A stretch of DNA of 32,819 nucleotides from Actinomycetota bacterium (GTDB lineage Bacteria; Actinomycetota; Actinomycetes; S36-B12; UBA5976), in assembly GCA_005789325.1 (NCBI GenBank), contig SXYE01000067.1, forward strand, positions 1 to 32,819, given 5' to 3'. A program made the position numbers and the translations under genes. Positions 1 through 10,722 of the stretch are shown here, piece after piece. The notes beneath the pieces were generated by a model that was given only the letters and a program-made list of their open reading frames with translations, ran no database searches and had not been told where the DNA came from. Position 1 is the stretch's first letter; the number at the start of each line of letters is the position of its first letter.

Positions 1-66
1 AATAAGTACTTTCCACAGGCAAAGTTGTCATTTTGAAATGTTCTATAACTTGTTTGGTTGTTGGTC

Positions 67-972
67 TCAACTAAGTAACCCATCCACAAAGTCTTGGGCA
101 TTAAATTCAATCAGATCATCTATTCCTTCACCAATGCCTACAAACTTAACTGGAACTTTTAATTCTCTTTGCACAGCGATAACAATTCCACCTTTAGCAG
201 AACCATCTAATTTGGTCAGAACAATTCCAGTTACCTCAACTGCTTCTGTGAAAACTCTGGCTTGAATTAATCCATTTTGTCCAGTGGTGGCATCAATTAC
301 TAGCAGAGTTTCAGTAACTGTGGCATGTTTTTCGATCACTCTTTTTACTTTGCCTAGTTCATCCATAAGTCCTGCTTTAGTGTGCAATCTTCCAGCTGTA
401 TCAATAATTACAACTTTGGCTCCTACTGCTAATCCTTCTTGAACAGCATTAAAAGCAACAGCAGATGGTTCAGAATTTTCCACACCTGTCACCACAGGCA
501 CTGAACTTCTTTGGCCCCAAGTTTGTAATTGTTGACTTGCTGCTGCTCGGAAAGTATCTGCAGCACCTAGCACGCACTTATTTCCTGCTTTAACTAATTT
601 ATGGGCAAGTTTTCCAACAGTTGTTGTTTTTCCAGTTCCATTTATTCCGACCATCATCAATACTGATGGTGAGGCAGAAATATTCAAACCTCTATCCCCA
701 GTTGCAAGAAAATCAATTAATTGATTTCTTAAGACTTCTTTACCTTCTTCGGCACTATGAGCACCTTTTAGGGTTGGGTTATTTTTTAACTCTTGAACTA
801 TTTCTTGGGTTGTTTTAATGCCAACATCGGCCATTATTAGAGTGTCTTCAATTTCTTGCCAAGCTTGTTCATCAAGGGTTGTTCTTGAAAAGATATTAAC
901 TAGGCTTGTGCCAAAAGTTGATTTGGTCTTTAAAGGTTTTTCTTCCTTGTTTTTCTTACTAAAGATTCCCAT
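67..972 (-). CDS. ftsY: Signal recognition particle receptor FtsY (short N-terminal domain form)
   Basis: 301-aa ORF with SRP-GTPase NG-domain motifs: GINGTGKTTT (P-loop), DTAGR and TKLDG. It lies directly downstream of smc, as in other actinobacteria. ATG start. Confidence 0.95.
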   Translation of the reverse strand: MGIFSKKNKEEKPLKTKSTFGTSLVNIFSRTTLDEQAWQEIEDTLIMADVGIKTTQEIVQELKNNPTLKGAHSAEEGKEVLRNQLIDFLATGDRGLNISASPSVLMMVGINGTGKTTTVGKLAHKLVKAGNKCVLGAADTFRAAASQQLQTWGQRSSVPVVTGVENSEPSAVAFNAVQEGLAVGAKVVIIDTAGRLHTKAGLMDELGKVKRVIEKHATVTETLLVIDATTGQNGLIQARVFTEAVEVTGIVLTKLDGSAKGGIVIAVQRELKVPVKFVGIGEGIDDLIEFNAQDFVDGLLS

Positions 973-981
973 GACCAGATT

Positions 982-3900
982 TTACGCTGGTTGATCTTCT
1001 CGTACTTCGCGAATCCTTTGACTTACCACTGTAGAAATACCGTCTCCACGCATTGAGATTCCATAGAGAGAGTCACAAATTTCCATAGTTCTCTTCTGAT
1101 GTGTAACAACGATTAACTGAGAATTCTGTCTGAGTTCATCATAAAGTTCAAGCAATCTACCAAGGTTGGCATCATCTAGTGCTGCTTCAACCTCATCAAG
1201 AATGTAAAACGGTGATGGTCTGGCCTTAAACAAAGCAACCAAGAATGCCACAGCGGTAAGAGATCTTTCTCCACCAGAAAGCAATGAAAGTCTTAAATAC
1301 CTTTTACCTTGTGGCTTAACTTCGATATCTATACCGGTAGTCAGCATGTTTTCTGGATCGGTCAAAACTAAGCGGCCTTCTCCCCCAGGGAAAAGTCTTG
1401 GTAACACAATTTCAAATTCTCTTGCCACATCTTTATAGGCTTCGTTAAATACCTGTTGCACTCTTTGTTCAACTTCAGCAATAACTTCAAGTAAGTCTTT
1501 CCTTGTTTTCTTAACATCTTCTAGTTGTTCAGTTAGGAATTGATTTCTTTCTTCCAAGGCACTGAATTCTTCAAGTGCTAGAGGGTTAATTCGTCCCAGA
1601 AGTGCTAACTTCTTTTCTGCGTCAAGAGCGCGTTTTTCCTGCTTTTCGCGAACATAAGCTTCTGGTTCTTTAGGTGCAGGAATTGGCATATCAGGATCAG
1701 CATCTTCATCAATGTGCACAATTTGCGGAACTAATTGATCTGGTCCATATTCTTTCAACAGGGAATCAGCTTCTATTCCATAATCTTCTAAGCCTTTTAG
1801 CTCGATTTGTTCAATTCTTAATCTTTGTTCCATTCGAGCAACTTCATCACGATGAACTGTGTCAACTAAGCGTTCTAATTCTGATCCCAAATCACGAATA
1901 CTGTGTCTTACTTGTTGAACTTCTTGCTCCATCGCTTGTTGATGTTTGGTTGCTTCATCTCTTTCATGTTCTGCGGTAATTAAAGAATTTTCCAAATAAG
2001 ACATGGCTGTTTCTATGCCTTGAAACACTGCATTAGCAATATGGGCTTCACGTCTTCTTTGTTCACGACGCTGCAATGCCCTAGATCGAGCCACTCTTTC
2101 ACTATTGGCAGTTTTTTCTAATTGTTCTGCCCTTTGCACAACTGCAGCTAATCTTTCTTCTGCAGTTCTCATAGCCAGGCGTGCATCAACTTCTGCTGCT
2201 CTAGTGGTTTCTAGAAGGGCTCTTAATCTTTCTAATTCTGTGGAATCTATTTCAGTAATTTCTTCTGGTTCAGTTCCAGAATTAGCTAAGCGAAGTTCAA
2301 TTTCTCTTAATACTCTTTCATCATCTGCTCGAGCTGTATGAGATGCGCGAAGTAAACTATCTAGTCTTTCTGCTTCTGCTTGTGAAGATCTATTTTGTTC
2401 ACCAAGGGCAGCAAGTTTTTCAGCAACAGCTGCAAGTTCTGCATCGGATTCATAAAGTAGGGCTAAAGCAGCTTCAACTTTTTCTGCAGCTCGTTTTTGT
2501 TCATCTTTGGCATTTTGCAATTCAAATCTAAGTTGATCTGCAAGATTTCCTACTTGATCTCTTTCAGTTTCTGCCTTTTCAACATTTGCTTTTGCTTCCA
2601 GGCGAGAACGAGTATTAACAGTTCCACCAATTACATAATAAGAAGTGACTTTGTCACCATCTCTTGTCACAGCTGTAAGTCTTGGTTGTAATCTGACTGC
2701 TTCTTGTGCGTCTTGTAGGTTCTCAACAATTACAACATCTTTAAGTAATTTCTTTAAAGCATTTTGTAATTCATATGGAGCATTAACTAATTCGATAGCA
2801 CTTCTAGAAAACGGTGGAGCAGCAGGAGCATTGTTTTGTTCATAAAGTGCATCAGCTAATAATACGGCTGCGCGACCAGTTTTGTTATTCTTTAATTTAT
2901 TTATAGATCTAATTGCATCATTAACTGATTTAGCTGCGATTGCATTAGCAGCATCTCCTAAGGCCACTGCGATTGCTGATTCCCAACCATTTTCGATTCT
3001 TAAAAGTGTTGCAAGTGAACCAATAAGTGAATCATCACCAGAATTTAATAGTGAATCACCACCATCAACTTCTTCCAATAACGCTTGTTGCAAAGCTTCA
3101 GCTCTTGCAGTTAATGCTGCTTTTGACTTAGCGGCTTCTTGAGATTTGATTTCTAATTCAGCAACTTTGGCATCTGCTGCTGCTAACTCTTTTGAAGCTT
3201 GTTCGTATTGGGTATCTAAACCTTTTTCAACTCCATCAAGGCCCGCAATTTGTGATTCAAGTGCTAAAAATTCTGTTCTAGCTTTCTCTGCACGTTCGCG
3301 AGCTTCTCTAACTTCAACTTCTAATCTGGTTGCTTCACTTGCTCTTGCTTCAATTCGAGATTTAGCGGCATTTACTTGTCCAGTTAATCTGGCAAACTCT
3401 TCACGTTTATCTGCAGCAGATTTAATGGCATTTGTTTGGCGTGCTTGTTCTGCTTGAAACAGTTGTTCAGTTGCAGTTCTTTCTCCAGTTGCTTTGCTTA
3501 AGAAATTCTTTGCTACCTCAACATCTTTTTGTAGTTCATAAGAATTCTCTCTTGTTGCTTTTGCTTCCTTTTCTAAAGCTTCTGGATCTGCACCAGTTGT
3601 TTGTTCCTGAATTTCTTCTGCAACAAGTTTGGATCTTTCCATAGCCAAAGATCTGGTACCAAAAAATCTTTCGCGCAATGACGCAAGTTTGAACCAAGTT
3701 TGTTGAGCAGTTTGAACTCGAGGTGTGGCTTCCAGCAAGAGTCTTTCAAGTTCTGACTCACGAAGTTTCTTTTCGTTCATCTTGTTTTCAACTTCCGCCT
3801 GCTTCTCACGCAAGATGGTTTCGTCAGCAACCTCTTTCATCATGTTGATGCGCATTTGTGTTAGGTCATCAGCCAATATTCTTAATTTGGCATCTCTTAA

Positions 3901-4563
3901 TTCAGCTTGGATTGTTTGTGCTTTTCTTGCCACATCAGCTTGTCTTGCTAAAGGTTTAAGTTGTCTTCTAATTTCAGTGGTTAAATCTTGTAATCTAAGC
4001 ATGTTCGCTTGAGTTGCCTCAAGTTTTCTTTCAGCTTTTTCTTTTCTTCTTCGATGCTTTAATACACCTGCTGCTTCTTCGATAAAACCACGGCGATCTT
4101 CTGGAGTTGCACTTAATACCGCGGCAACTTGGCCTTGTCCAACAATGACGTGCATCTCTCGACCAATACCTGAATCTGAAAGAAGTTCTTGCACATCCAA
4201 AAGGCGAGAAGCATTTCCGTTAATTGCGTACTCTGATCCACCATTTCTAAATAAAGTTCTTGAGATTGTTACTTCTGCATAGTCAATTGGTAGAGCACCA
4301 TCTGTGTTATCAATTGTTAAAACAACTTCTGCTCGTCCCAAAGGTGCTCGTCCAGCAGATCCTTTAAAGATAACGTCATCCATAACGCCACCTCTTAAAG
4401 TTTTGGCGCCTTGTTCACCCATTACCCAAGCAATTGCGTCAACAACATTTGATTTACCAGAACCATTAGGTCCCACAACAGCAGTAATGCCTTGTTCAAA
4501 ATTTAAAGTTGTAGCAGAAGCAAATGATTTAAATCCGCGAATAGTCAGACTCTTTAAATACAA
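982..4563 (-). CDS. smc: Chromosome segregation protein SMC
   Basis: 1193 aa. N-terminal Walker A GPNGSGKSN, long Glu/Lys/Ala-rich coiled coils, a central hinge, C-terminal LSGGE signature and Walker B FYILDEVEAALD. TTG start preceded by GGAGG 7 nt upstream. Confidence 0.97.
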   Translation of the reverse strand: MYLKSLTIRGFKSFASATTLNFEQGITAVVGPNGSGKSNVVDAIAWVMGEQGAKTLRGGVMDDVIFKGSAGRAPLGRAEVVLTIDNTDGALPIDYAEVTISRTLFRNGGSEYAINGNASRLLDVQELLSDSGIGREMHVIVGQGQVAAVLSATPEDRRGFIEEAAGVLKHRRRKEKAERKLEATQANMLRLQDLTTEIRRQLKPLARQADVARKAQTIQAELRDAKLRILADDLTQMRINMMKEVADETILREKQAEVENKMNEKKLRESELERLLLEATPRVQTAQQTWFKLASLRERFFGTRSLAMERSKLVAEEIQEQTTGADPEALEKEAKATRENSYELQKDVEVAKNFLSKATGERTATEQLFQAEQARQTNAIKSAADKREEFARLTGQVNAAKSRIEARASEATRLEVEVREARERAEKARTEFLALESQIAGLDGVEKGLDTQYEQASKELAAADAKVAELEIKSQEAAKSKAALTARAEALQQALLEEVDGGDSLLNSGDDSLIGSLATLLRIENGWESAIAVALGDAANAIAAKSVNDAIRSINKLKNNKTGRAAVLLADALYEQNNAPAAPPFSRSAIELVNAPYELQNALKKLLKDVVIVENLQDAQEAVRLQPRLTAVTRDGDKVTSYYVIGGTVNTRSRLEAKANVEKAETERDQVGNLADQLRFELQNAKDEQKRAAEKVEAALALLYESDAELAAVAEKLAALGEQNRSSQAEAERLDSLLRASHTARADDERVLREIELRLANSGTEPEEITEIDSTELERLRALLETTRAAEVDARLAMRTAEERLAAVVQRAEQLEKTANSERVARSRALQRREQRRREAHIANAVFQGIETAMSYLENSLITAEHERDEATKHQQAMEQEVQQVRHSIRDLGSELERLVDTVHRDEVARMEQRLRIEQIELKGLEDYGIEADSLLKEYGPDQLVPQIVHIDEDADPDMPIPAPKEPEAYVREKQEKRALDAEKKLALLGRINPLALEEFSALEERNQFLTEQLEDVKKTRKDLLEVIAEVEQRVQQVFNEAYKDVAREFEIVLPRLFPGGEGRLVLTDPENMLTTGIDIEVKPQGKRYLRLSLLSGGERSLTAVAFLVALFKARPSPFYILDEVEAALDDANLGRLLELYDELRQNSQLIVVTHQKRTMEICDSLYGISMRGDGISTVVSQRIREVREDQPA

Positions 4564-4606
4564 GATCTGCCTCCGGATTTAATGGGTTTGTCTTAACCCT
4601 CTAACT

Positions 4607-5479
4607 CTATCTATGAGGCCTTACTCGAGGTTGACAATTAGGACAGATTGTTGAACTTCTGTTGTTAGAAAAGGCTTCTCTGACCATTTCCAAATCACAC
4701 CTGTAACACCTTTCACCTTCGCGGCCATATGCGTTCAATTCGTTTTCGAAGTAACCACTTTCACCATTGACGTCGATGTATAGATCATCAAAGGAAGTGC
4801 CCCCTTTTTCTAACGCTTTAGCCATCACTTCTTTTGCACTTACTAATATTTCTTTAATCTTTTTTTCACTTAAGTTTTCACACACATCTGCCCAGTGAGT
4901 TTTTGCTAGCCATAAAGCTTCATCGGCATAAATGTTGCCAATTCCTGCAACTATTTCTTGATTTAAAAGTGCTTGTTTGATACCAGTTTTTCTTCTCTTG
5001 ATATTAGAAATTGTTTTATCCATATCAAATGTTTCTTCAAACAAATCAGGTGAAATGTGTAAAACAGATTGGGGAACAAGTCTTTTATCTTTTGCTTCAA
5101 CAAGCTCTTCTAGGTTGACCCAACCAAAAGTCCTTTGATCAATAAAGTGCAGACTTCTTTTGGTATCTGAGAAATCAAAAGTGACTCGAGCATGAGTTGA
5201 GGGTTTCTCATCTTTTTTGACCATCAACATCTGACCACTCATACCTAAATGTGCACTGATGGCTTGCGAAGAGTTTTTCAACGTCATCCACAAAAACTTT
5301 CCACGACGCTCAACTGAGTTGATTGTAAAACCTGAAACAGTCTTTTCAAATGTTTTAGAACTGAACTCAAAGTTTCTTAAAGCCCTATTGTTTCTAACTT
5401 TTGCTTTACTTATTTTCCTGTTTTTAACATGCTTAGCTAAGCCTTTACGAACAACTTCAACTTCTGGTAACTCTGGCAT
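4607..5479 (-). CDS. mutM: Formamidopyrimidine-DNA glycosylase (Fpg/MutM)
   Basis: 290 aa beginning MPELPEVE (catalytic N-terminal Pro). C-terminal zinc finger CYRC...CPNC. The start abuts the rnc stop. Confidence 0.93.
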   Translation of the reverse strand: MPELPEVEVVRKGLAKHVKNRKISKAKVRNNRALRNFEFSSKTFEKTVSGFTINSVERRGKFLWMTLKNSSQAISAHLGMSGQMLMVKKDEKPSTHARVTFDFSDTKRSLHFIDQRTFGWVNLEELVEAKDKRLVPQSVLHISPDLFEETFDMDKTISNIKRRKTGIKQALLNQEIVAGIGNIYADEALWLAKTHWADVCENLSEKKIKEILVSAKEVMAKALEKGGTSFDDLYIDVNGESGYFENELNAYGREGERCYRCDLEMVREAFSNNRSSTICPNCQPRVRPHR

Positions 5480-6157
5480 TTAAGGTCTTAAGTTATTTAT
5501 CTCTGTGTAAGCAGAGGCAGCAGCATGCTGTTCAGCTTCTTTTTTACTTTTACCTTCACCATTGCCGTATAAATCTTGCCCAACTTTGACTTGTGCACTA
5601 AATCTTTTGTCGTGATCTGGACCTGATTGTTCAATCACATACTCAATTGCGCCTAAAGACTTAGAGTTTACTAATTCAGCCAAACTTGTTTTCCAATCAA
5701 GGCCTGCACCAAGTTCTGCGCTGGCCGCTAAAATTGGAGCAAAAAGTTGCAAAATAACTTCTCCTGATTTTGCTAAACCATGTTCAACATAAATTGCACC
5801 CAAGATTGCTTCAACTGCGTCAGCCAAAATACTTGATTTATCACGACCACCAGTTGCTTCTTCACCTTTTCCAAGTAAAAGAAATTCACCTAAACCAAGA
5901 GTTCTTGCTACATCAGCTAAGGCTTTAGCGTTAACAACTGCGGCACGAAGTTTTGCTAATTGACCTTCTTGTGCATCAGGATTTTTTCTATAAAGCTCAT
6001 CAGTAATCACAATTCCTAAAACGGAATCGCCTAAGAATTCAAGTCTTTCATTGGTGGGCACACCACCATTTTCATAAGAAAAAGAACGATGCGTGATTGC
6101 TTGTTTTAATATTTCTTCCGATAACTCAACGCCTAAGCGCGCTACTAATTCGCGCAT
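5480..6157 (-). CDS. rnc: Ribonuclease III
   Basis: 225 aa with the RNase III signature [11 protein letters not shown] and a C-terminal dsRNA-binding domain. Confidence 0.95.
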   Translation of the reverse strand: MRELVARLGVELSEEILKQAITHRSFSYENGGVPTNERLEFLGDSVLGIVITDELYRKNPDAQEGQLAKLRAAVVNAKALADVARTLGLGEFLLLGKGEEATGGRDKSSILADAVEAILGAIYVEHGLAKSGEVILQLFAPILAASAELGAGLDWKTSLAELVNSKSLGAIEYVIEQSGPDHDKRFSAQVKVGQDLYGNGEGKSKKEAEQHAAASAYTEINNLRP

Positions 6158-6170
6158 ATTGCAAATTTAT

Positions 6171-6344
6171 TTATGGATTTGTGACTTGACGTTTTGCGTA
6201 TGTACCACATGTTGGACATGCAGTGTGTGGAAGTTTTTCTGAACGACAACGATCACAGGTAACTAAAGTTGGAACACTTGCTTTCCATTGTGCGCGACGA
6301 TTGCGTGTATTTGAACGCGACATCTTTCGTTTTGGTACTGGCAC
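6171..6344 (-). CDS. rpmF: 50S ribosomal protein L32 (zinc-ribbon C+ form); absent from the supplied ORF track
   Basis: Hand translation of the minus strand gives (GTG)[57 protein letters not shown]. This has the canonical L32 N-terminus (xVPKRKxSR) and CxxC...CxxC. It sits between DUF177/yceD and rnc, the usual position. Confidence 0.92.
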   Translation of the reverse strand: MPVPKRKMSRSNTRNRRAQWKASVPTLVTCDRCRSEKLPHTACPTCGTYAKRQVTNP

Positions 6345-6350
6345 TTTTCT

Positions 6351-6896
6351 CTACTTCTCTTCCTTTAATTGCGATAGCTTTGACCATCGCGGATCTATTA
6401 TTTCATGCTTGTGTTCAGGATCCTCTTCGAGACGAATTCCACACTGGGCACAAAGTCCAAGGCATTCATCATTGCAAAGAGGTCTGGTTGGCAGTTCAAG
6501 CACCACCGCATCTATGAGGGCAGGTTCAAGATCTATCAAATCTCCTTGCATCTTTCTAATCTCATCTGCTTCATCATCACTGTTTATTTCTTTGTCTTCA
6601 TAAACATAAAGATCAGTAATAGTGGCGTCAATTTCAAACTCAACTGGATCTAAACAGCGAGAACATTCAGTTTCTGCTTCCAAATAAACTTCCCCTGTTA
6701 CCAACACTCCATCAACCACTGCCTCTAATAAAAGATCTAGGTCAACCACAGTTTCAGCAGGAACTATCACTGGTCCATTACTTAAAGAGTTAGGTAACTT
6801 AATTACAGTATTGATATTTTTAGATTCACCAGCTCTTCGAGGCAATTCATGCACATCAATGACTAGTGGATCTCGCACATCCAGTTTTTTCTTCAA
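6351..6896 (-). CDS. YceD/DUF177 family protein (ribosome-associated, co-operonic with rpmF)
   Basis: 181 aa, acidic, with CSRC...CAQC cysteine pairs typical of DUF177. It is immediately upstream of rpmF. TTG start with AGGA upstream. Confidence 0.85.
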   Translation of the reverse strand: MKKKLDVRDPLVIDVHELPRRAGESKNINTVIKLPNSLSNGPVIVPAETVVDLDLLLEAVVDGVLVTGEVYLEAETECSRCLDPVEFEIDATITDLYVYEDKEINSDDEADEIRKMQGDLIDLEPALIDAVVLELPTRPLCNDECLGLCAQCGIRLEEDPEHKHEIIDPRWSKLSQLKEEK

Positions 6897-6898
6897 TT

Positions 6899-7366
6899 TT
6901 ATCCTTGATTGTTAAAAGATGAATTACCAGTTATTTTTTCACGACCACGCTTTACAGCCAAAAGTGTTCTGTTCAACGTGATTTCAAAATTAGCTAACCT
7001 GGCATCAATATATTCATCAGTTTCATTGCGCATTCTGCGTAATTCTTCGTCAACTTGTTTCATAATTTCTTGGGCTCTTTGATTAGCTTGTTGCACAATC
7101 TCTGTTTGAGAAACGAGTCTGTTTGCCTCTGCCCGTGATTGCTCAATTAAGGCATGTCCAGCTAAACGACCTTCTTCCATGACAGCTTCTTTGTTGTCTA
7201 GTAAATGATTTGCCTGCAAAATATCTTGCGGAAGTATTTTTTTAAGATCATTTAACAGATTAATCATTTCTTGGCGATTAACTAAGGCACCGTCTCGAGA
7301 CAATGGCACTGAGCGTGCTTCTTCTATTTGACTTAAAATTTGCTCAATGAGTTGTAAGGATTCCAT
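6899..7366 (-). CDS. Conserved coiled-coil protein. It occupies the position of the DivIVA-like Rv2927c/SepIVA-type gene of other actinobacteria; function not established from sequence.
   Basis: 155 aa, heptad-like and Glu/Arg/Gln/Leu rich, with no enzymatic motif. It sits between coaD and DUF177. The assignment rests on synteny and composition only. Confidence 0.45.
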   Translation of the reverse strand: MESLQLIEQILSQIEEARSVPLSRDGALVNRQEMINLLNDLKKILPQDILQANHLLDNKEAVMEEGRLAGHALIEQSRAEANRLVSQTEIVQQANQRAQEIMKQVDEELRRMRNETDEYIDARLANFEITLNRTLLAVKRGREKITGNSSFNNQG

Positions 7367-7370
7367 AGTG

Positions 7371-7847
7371 TTATTTCTGATACTTCGCTTTCAAAGCCAT
7401 GGCTACTGGTTTTGGCACTGAAGTTGAAATGTCTCCCCCATGTCTTGCCACTTCTCGTACCAAACTTGAAGACAGAAAAGAGTAAAGAGGATTTGTTGCC
7501 ACAAACAATGTTTCTACCGCCCCTAATTGATAGTTCATTTGAGACATTTGCAATTCATAATCAAAATCACTGACTGCTCTCAAACCTTTAACCATCGCAT
7601 TAACTCCACGGGTTTTACAAAAATCTACTAAAAGTCCATCAAATGTTTCAACACTTACCTTAGGAAGATGCTGACAGGATTGTCTTATTAACTCAACTCG
7701 TTCTTCAATAGTAAATAAACCAGTTTTGGAATGATTAACTAAAACAGCCACCACTACTTCATCAGCGATATCTGATGCTCTTTTGAAGACATCGATATGA
7801 CCATTAGTTACTGGATCAAAGGAACCGGGGCAAACTACTTTTTGCAT
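7371..7847 (-). CDS. coaD: Phosphopantetheine adenylyltransferase
   Basis: The ORF track gives 7371..7868. I prefer the ATG at 7847 (MQKVVCPGSFDPVTNGH) because CoaD proteins start a few residues before the CPGSFDP..GH nucleotidyltransferase motif. This start overlaps the rsmD stop by 13 nt. Confidence 0.9.
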   Translation of the reverse strand: MQKVVCPGSFDPVTNGHIDVFKRASDIADEVVVAVLVNHSKTGLFTIEERVELIRQSCQHLPKVSVETFDGLLVDFCKTRGVNAMVKGLRAVSDFDYELQMSQMNYQLGAVETLFVATNPLYSFLSSSLVREVARHGGDISTSVPKPVAMALKAKYQK

Positions 7848-8404
7848 ACTTGACCGTACCAAACACACGTATCGCCATAACTCTTATCTCGAATGCTTTC
7901 GAAGCCATCAGGCCAAACAAAGTCCCCAGATCTCTTGGCAGTTTCGACAACCAGGATTGCATCGTCTGAAAACCAGGAATTAGCTAAACCTTGAGTTATC
8001 ACTTTTGCGATTTGCTCCAATGACATTTCATAGGGTGGGTCAAGAAATATCAATTGTGCTGGCATATTTAATTTCTCAACAGGTTTCGCTGCCAAAAGAG
8101 TCTCTACCTTGCCATCAACCACATGTGCTTTGATATTTAAGTCTTGAATATTTTTATTTATTACAGAGACTGCATTTCTGTTATTTTCTATAAAAATGCA
8201 ATAGCTTGCACCCCTAGAAATTGCTTCAAGACCTAAGGCTCCGCTTCCAGCAAATAAATCTAAAACACAAACCTCAGCAATGGCATCTAGTGAAGTTAGA
8301 GTTGAAAAAACTGCTTCACGTACTCGTTGTGCTGTGGGTCTTGTTCCTTCATCAGGAACTTTCAGCAGTCTTCCCCTAAGTTCACCGGCAATAATTCTGG
8401 TCAT
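7835..8404 (-). CDS. rsmD: 16S rRNA (guanine966-N2)-methyltransferase RsmD
   Basis: 189 aa with the SAM-binding DLFAGSGALGLEA and DPPY motifs. rsmD-coaD pairing is conserved. Confidence 0.88.
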   Translation of the reverse strand: MTRIIAGELRGRLLKVPDEGTRPTAQRVREAVFSTLTSLDAIAEVCVLDLFAGSGALGLEAISRGASYCIFIENNRNAVSVINKNIQDLNIKAHVVDGKVETLLAAKPVEKLNMPAQLIFLDPPYEMSLEQIAKVITQGLANSWFSDDAILVVETAKRSGDFVWPDGFESIRDKSYGDTCVWYGQVCKK

Positions 8405-10609
8405 TTAATTCTTCTCCAAGAATTCAGTTTCTGCTTCTTTTTCAATTTCAAGCACCGCTTTTTGCAATGGCACAACATGGGCAAGTGTGTAATCTTCTTC
8501 AATTAGTTTCTTGCAGGCATCTCTGGCTAATTCTACTATCTCTACATCTTTGACAACTTGGAGTAATTTCAAAGAAGATTTTCTGCCTGATTGTCTTGAC
8601 CCTAAGACATTTCCTTCTCTTCTTATTTCTAAATCAAGTTGAGCTAATTCAAAACCATCTGTGGTTGAGGCAACTGCAGCAAGTCTTTCTCTAGCTGGAG
8701 AATCTTCTGGAGATTCAGTTACAAATAAACAAATACCAGGTTCTTTTCCTCGACCAATTCGACCGCGTAACTGATGCAATTGGCTAACGCCAAAACGATC
8801 AGCATCAAGAATTATCATCATCGTTGCATTGGGAACATCAACACCAACTTCAATCACCGTGGTGGAAACTAAAACATCGATGCCATCTTTTGCACTAGGT
8901 CCGGCATTAAATCTGCGCATGATGTCATCTTTTTCTTCACTAGACATTCGGCCATGTAAAACACCAACGCGCACATCTTTAAGTGGACCACCAGAAAGCA
9001 TTGGTGCTACTTCAAGGACAGCTAATGGTGGACGTTTCTCGTCTTCAAATTCTAAATCTGCATCATCTTCTGCTGCTGCCCCACCAATGCGCGGTGCAAC
9101 TATATAAACCTGGTGACCATTTTTAACTTCTTCAACAGCTCTTTGCCAACCTCTTTCCAAGTGTCCAGGTTTTTCAACTGATAAAACAACGTGAGTTGTA
9201 ATTGGACTTCTTCCTTGCGGTAATTCTTTTAATGAACAAATATCAAGATCGCCAAACACAGTCATTGCAACAGTTCTAGGAATTGGTGTTGCGGTCATTA
9301 CTAATACGTGTGGTCTTTTATCTCCAGGAGATTTAGCAGCCAAAGCTGCTCTTTGTTCAACTCCAAATCGATGTTGTTCATCCACAACTACTAACGCTAG
9401 ATCTTTAAATTTCACACCTTCTTGAATGATCGCGTGAGTTCCCACCACGATTCCTGCATCACCATTGGCAATACTTGCTAACACATTTGATCTATTGGCA
9501 CCTGTTACTGAACCGGTAAGTAATTCAACTTTTGTGCCAATTTCACTTCCACCTAATTCACCCTTTGTCGCAAGAGATCCCATCAATTTCTTTATCGTTC
9601 TTAAATGTTGTCCTGCTAGAACTTCAGTTGGTGCCAGTAAAGCTGCTTGCCCACCAGCATCAACTGCTGCGAGCATCGCTCGAAGAGCCACAATTGTTTT
9701 TCCACTTCCCACATCCCCCTGAAGTAATCGATGCATGGGGTGAGTTTGGGCAATTTCTGCAAAGAGAGCTTCGCCTATTTCTTTTTGCCCATTGGTTAAT
9801 TCAAATGGCAGATTCTTATCAAATTGAGTTACTAATCCATCAATTACTTGTTTACGTGCAGTAGCAGGAAGTTGAGATTCTTTTGCTCTTCTTTGCAACA
9901 AAACTGTTTGTAAGACAAATGCTTCATCAAATTTCAACCTGTTTAAAGCCATTGCTACTTGTTCAAAAGTTTCTGGTTCATGAATCCAAGTAATTGCTTG
10001 CTTGAAAGAAATAAGCCCTAATTCTTCTTGCATCTCTTGGGGAACAACGTCATCGTCTGCTTGGATTTCTAACTGGCTCATCACAAATTTAATAGCTTTG
10101 GCAGTTCTCCAACTTGGCACTGAACCTGTTGCTGGATAAACCGGAATTAAAGCTTTAGCAAACATTTCAATGACATCAGGATCTGTTTCTTCACCCTGTT
10201 GGGCAGTCAAAATGTATTCGGGATGAATTAGTTGTTTGCGCCCACGATATTCCTGAACTTTTCCAGCAAACAAACCTTGGATTCCTGGAATTAATCTTTT
10301 CTTATGCATACTTGCCATGGCAAAGAAAGCTAAATCAATTGTTTTCTTTCCATCTGTAACTACTACTTCTAATCTGGTTGTTCTTCTGCCTTTCATTGGT
10401 GCTTCTTTGGCTGAAGCAACTTCAGCTAAGACTGTGGCATGTTCGCCAATTCTTAAAGATTTAAGATCAGTTAATTCACCACGTTTGGCATAACGTCTTG
10501 GATAGTGGCGCACCAAATCTTCCACTGTTTCATAACCAAAAGCAGTGGATAAAAGTTTTGCTGACCGACCGCCTAAGACATCAATCAGCGAGGAATTTAG
10601 GTGAACCAT
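8405..10609 (-). CDS. recG: ATP-dependent DNA helicase RecG
   Basis: Walker A GDVGSGKT, DEQHRFG box and the QLHQLRGRIGRG motif. The open frame extends to a TTG at 10645. The ATG at 10609 (MVHLNSSLIDVLGG...HYPRRY) fits the usual RecG N-terminus better, so the start is uncertain by 12 codons. Confidence 0.9.
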   Translation of the reverse strand: MVHLNSSLIDVLGGRSAKLLSTAFGYETVEDLVRHYPRRYAKRGELTDLKSLRIGEHATVLAEVASAKEAPMKGRRTTRLEVVVTDGKKTIDLAFFAMASMHKKRLIPGIQGLFAGKVQEYRGRKQLIHPEYILTAQQGEETDPDVIEMFAKALIPVYPATGSVPSWRTAKAIKFVMSQLEIQADDDVVPQEMQEELGLISFKQAITWIHEPETFEQVAMALNRLKFDEAFVLQTVLLQRRAKESQLPATARKQVIDGLVTQFDKNLPFELTNGQKEIGEALFAEIAQTHPMHRLLQGDVGSGKTIVALRAMLAAVDAGGQAALLAPTEVLAGQHLRTIKKLMGSLATKGELGGSEIGTKVELLTGSVTGANRSNVLASIANGDAGIVVGTHAIIQEGVKFKDLALVVVDEQHRFGVEQRAALAAKSPGDKRPHVLVMTATPIPRTVAMTVFGDLDICSLKELPQGRSPITTHVVLSVEKPGHLERGWQRAVEEVKNGHQVYIVAPRIGGAAAEDDADLEFEDEKRPPLAVLEVAPMLSGGPLKDVRVGVLHGRMSSEEKDDIMRRFNAGPSAKDGIDVLVSTTVIEVGVDVPNATMMIILDADRFGVSQLHQLRGRIGRGKEPGICLFVTESPEDSPARERLAAVASTTDGFELAQLDLEIRREGNVLGSRQSGRKSSLKLLQVVKDVEIVELARDACKKLIEEDYTLAHVVPLQKAVLEIEKEAETEFLEKN

Positions 10610-10722
10610 CGTTGGTTCCAGCCTAGGCTTAGTGGGTGCTTTCAAGGCGCATTCAATGCCTTAGGTAGGCTCTTACAAGTTGCCAAAAAGTGCAATTAAA
10701 TAAAGTGGGAGTGAAAATTCAG

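Noticed and set aside
1674-4582. A series of plus-strand ORFs (60-103 aa) tiled across the smc locus.
   Set aside because: All are antisense to the well-supported SMC coiled-coil coding region. They are low-complexity Ser/Ala/Leu-rich translations without starts backed by an SD, the typical shadow ORFs of repetitive Glu/Lys/Ala codons.
6223-6603. 126-aa and 82-aa plus-strand ORFs spanning the rpmF / DUF177 junction.
   Set aside because: They are antisense to two well-supported minus-strand genes. The region is better explained by rpmF (6171-6344) and the DUF177 gene.
7848-7868. N-terminal extensions offered by the ORF track for coaD (7 codons), rpmB (10690-10722) and recG (10610-10645).
   Set aside because: The family-typical N-termini begin at the downstream ATGs, and the extensions lack good SD spacing. 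They are kept only as alternative starts.
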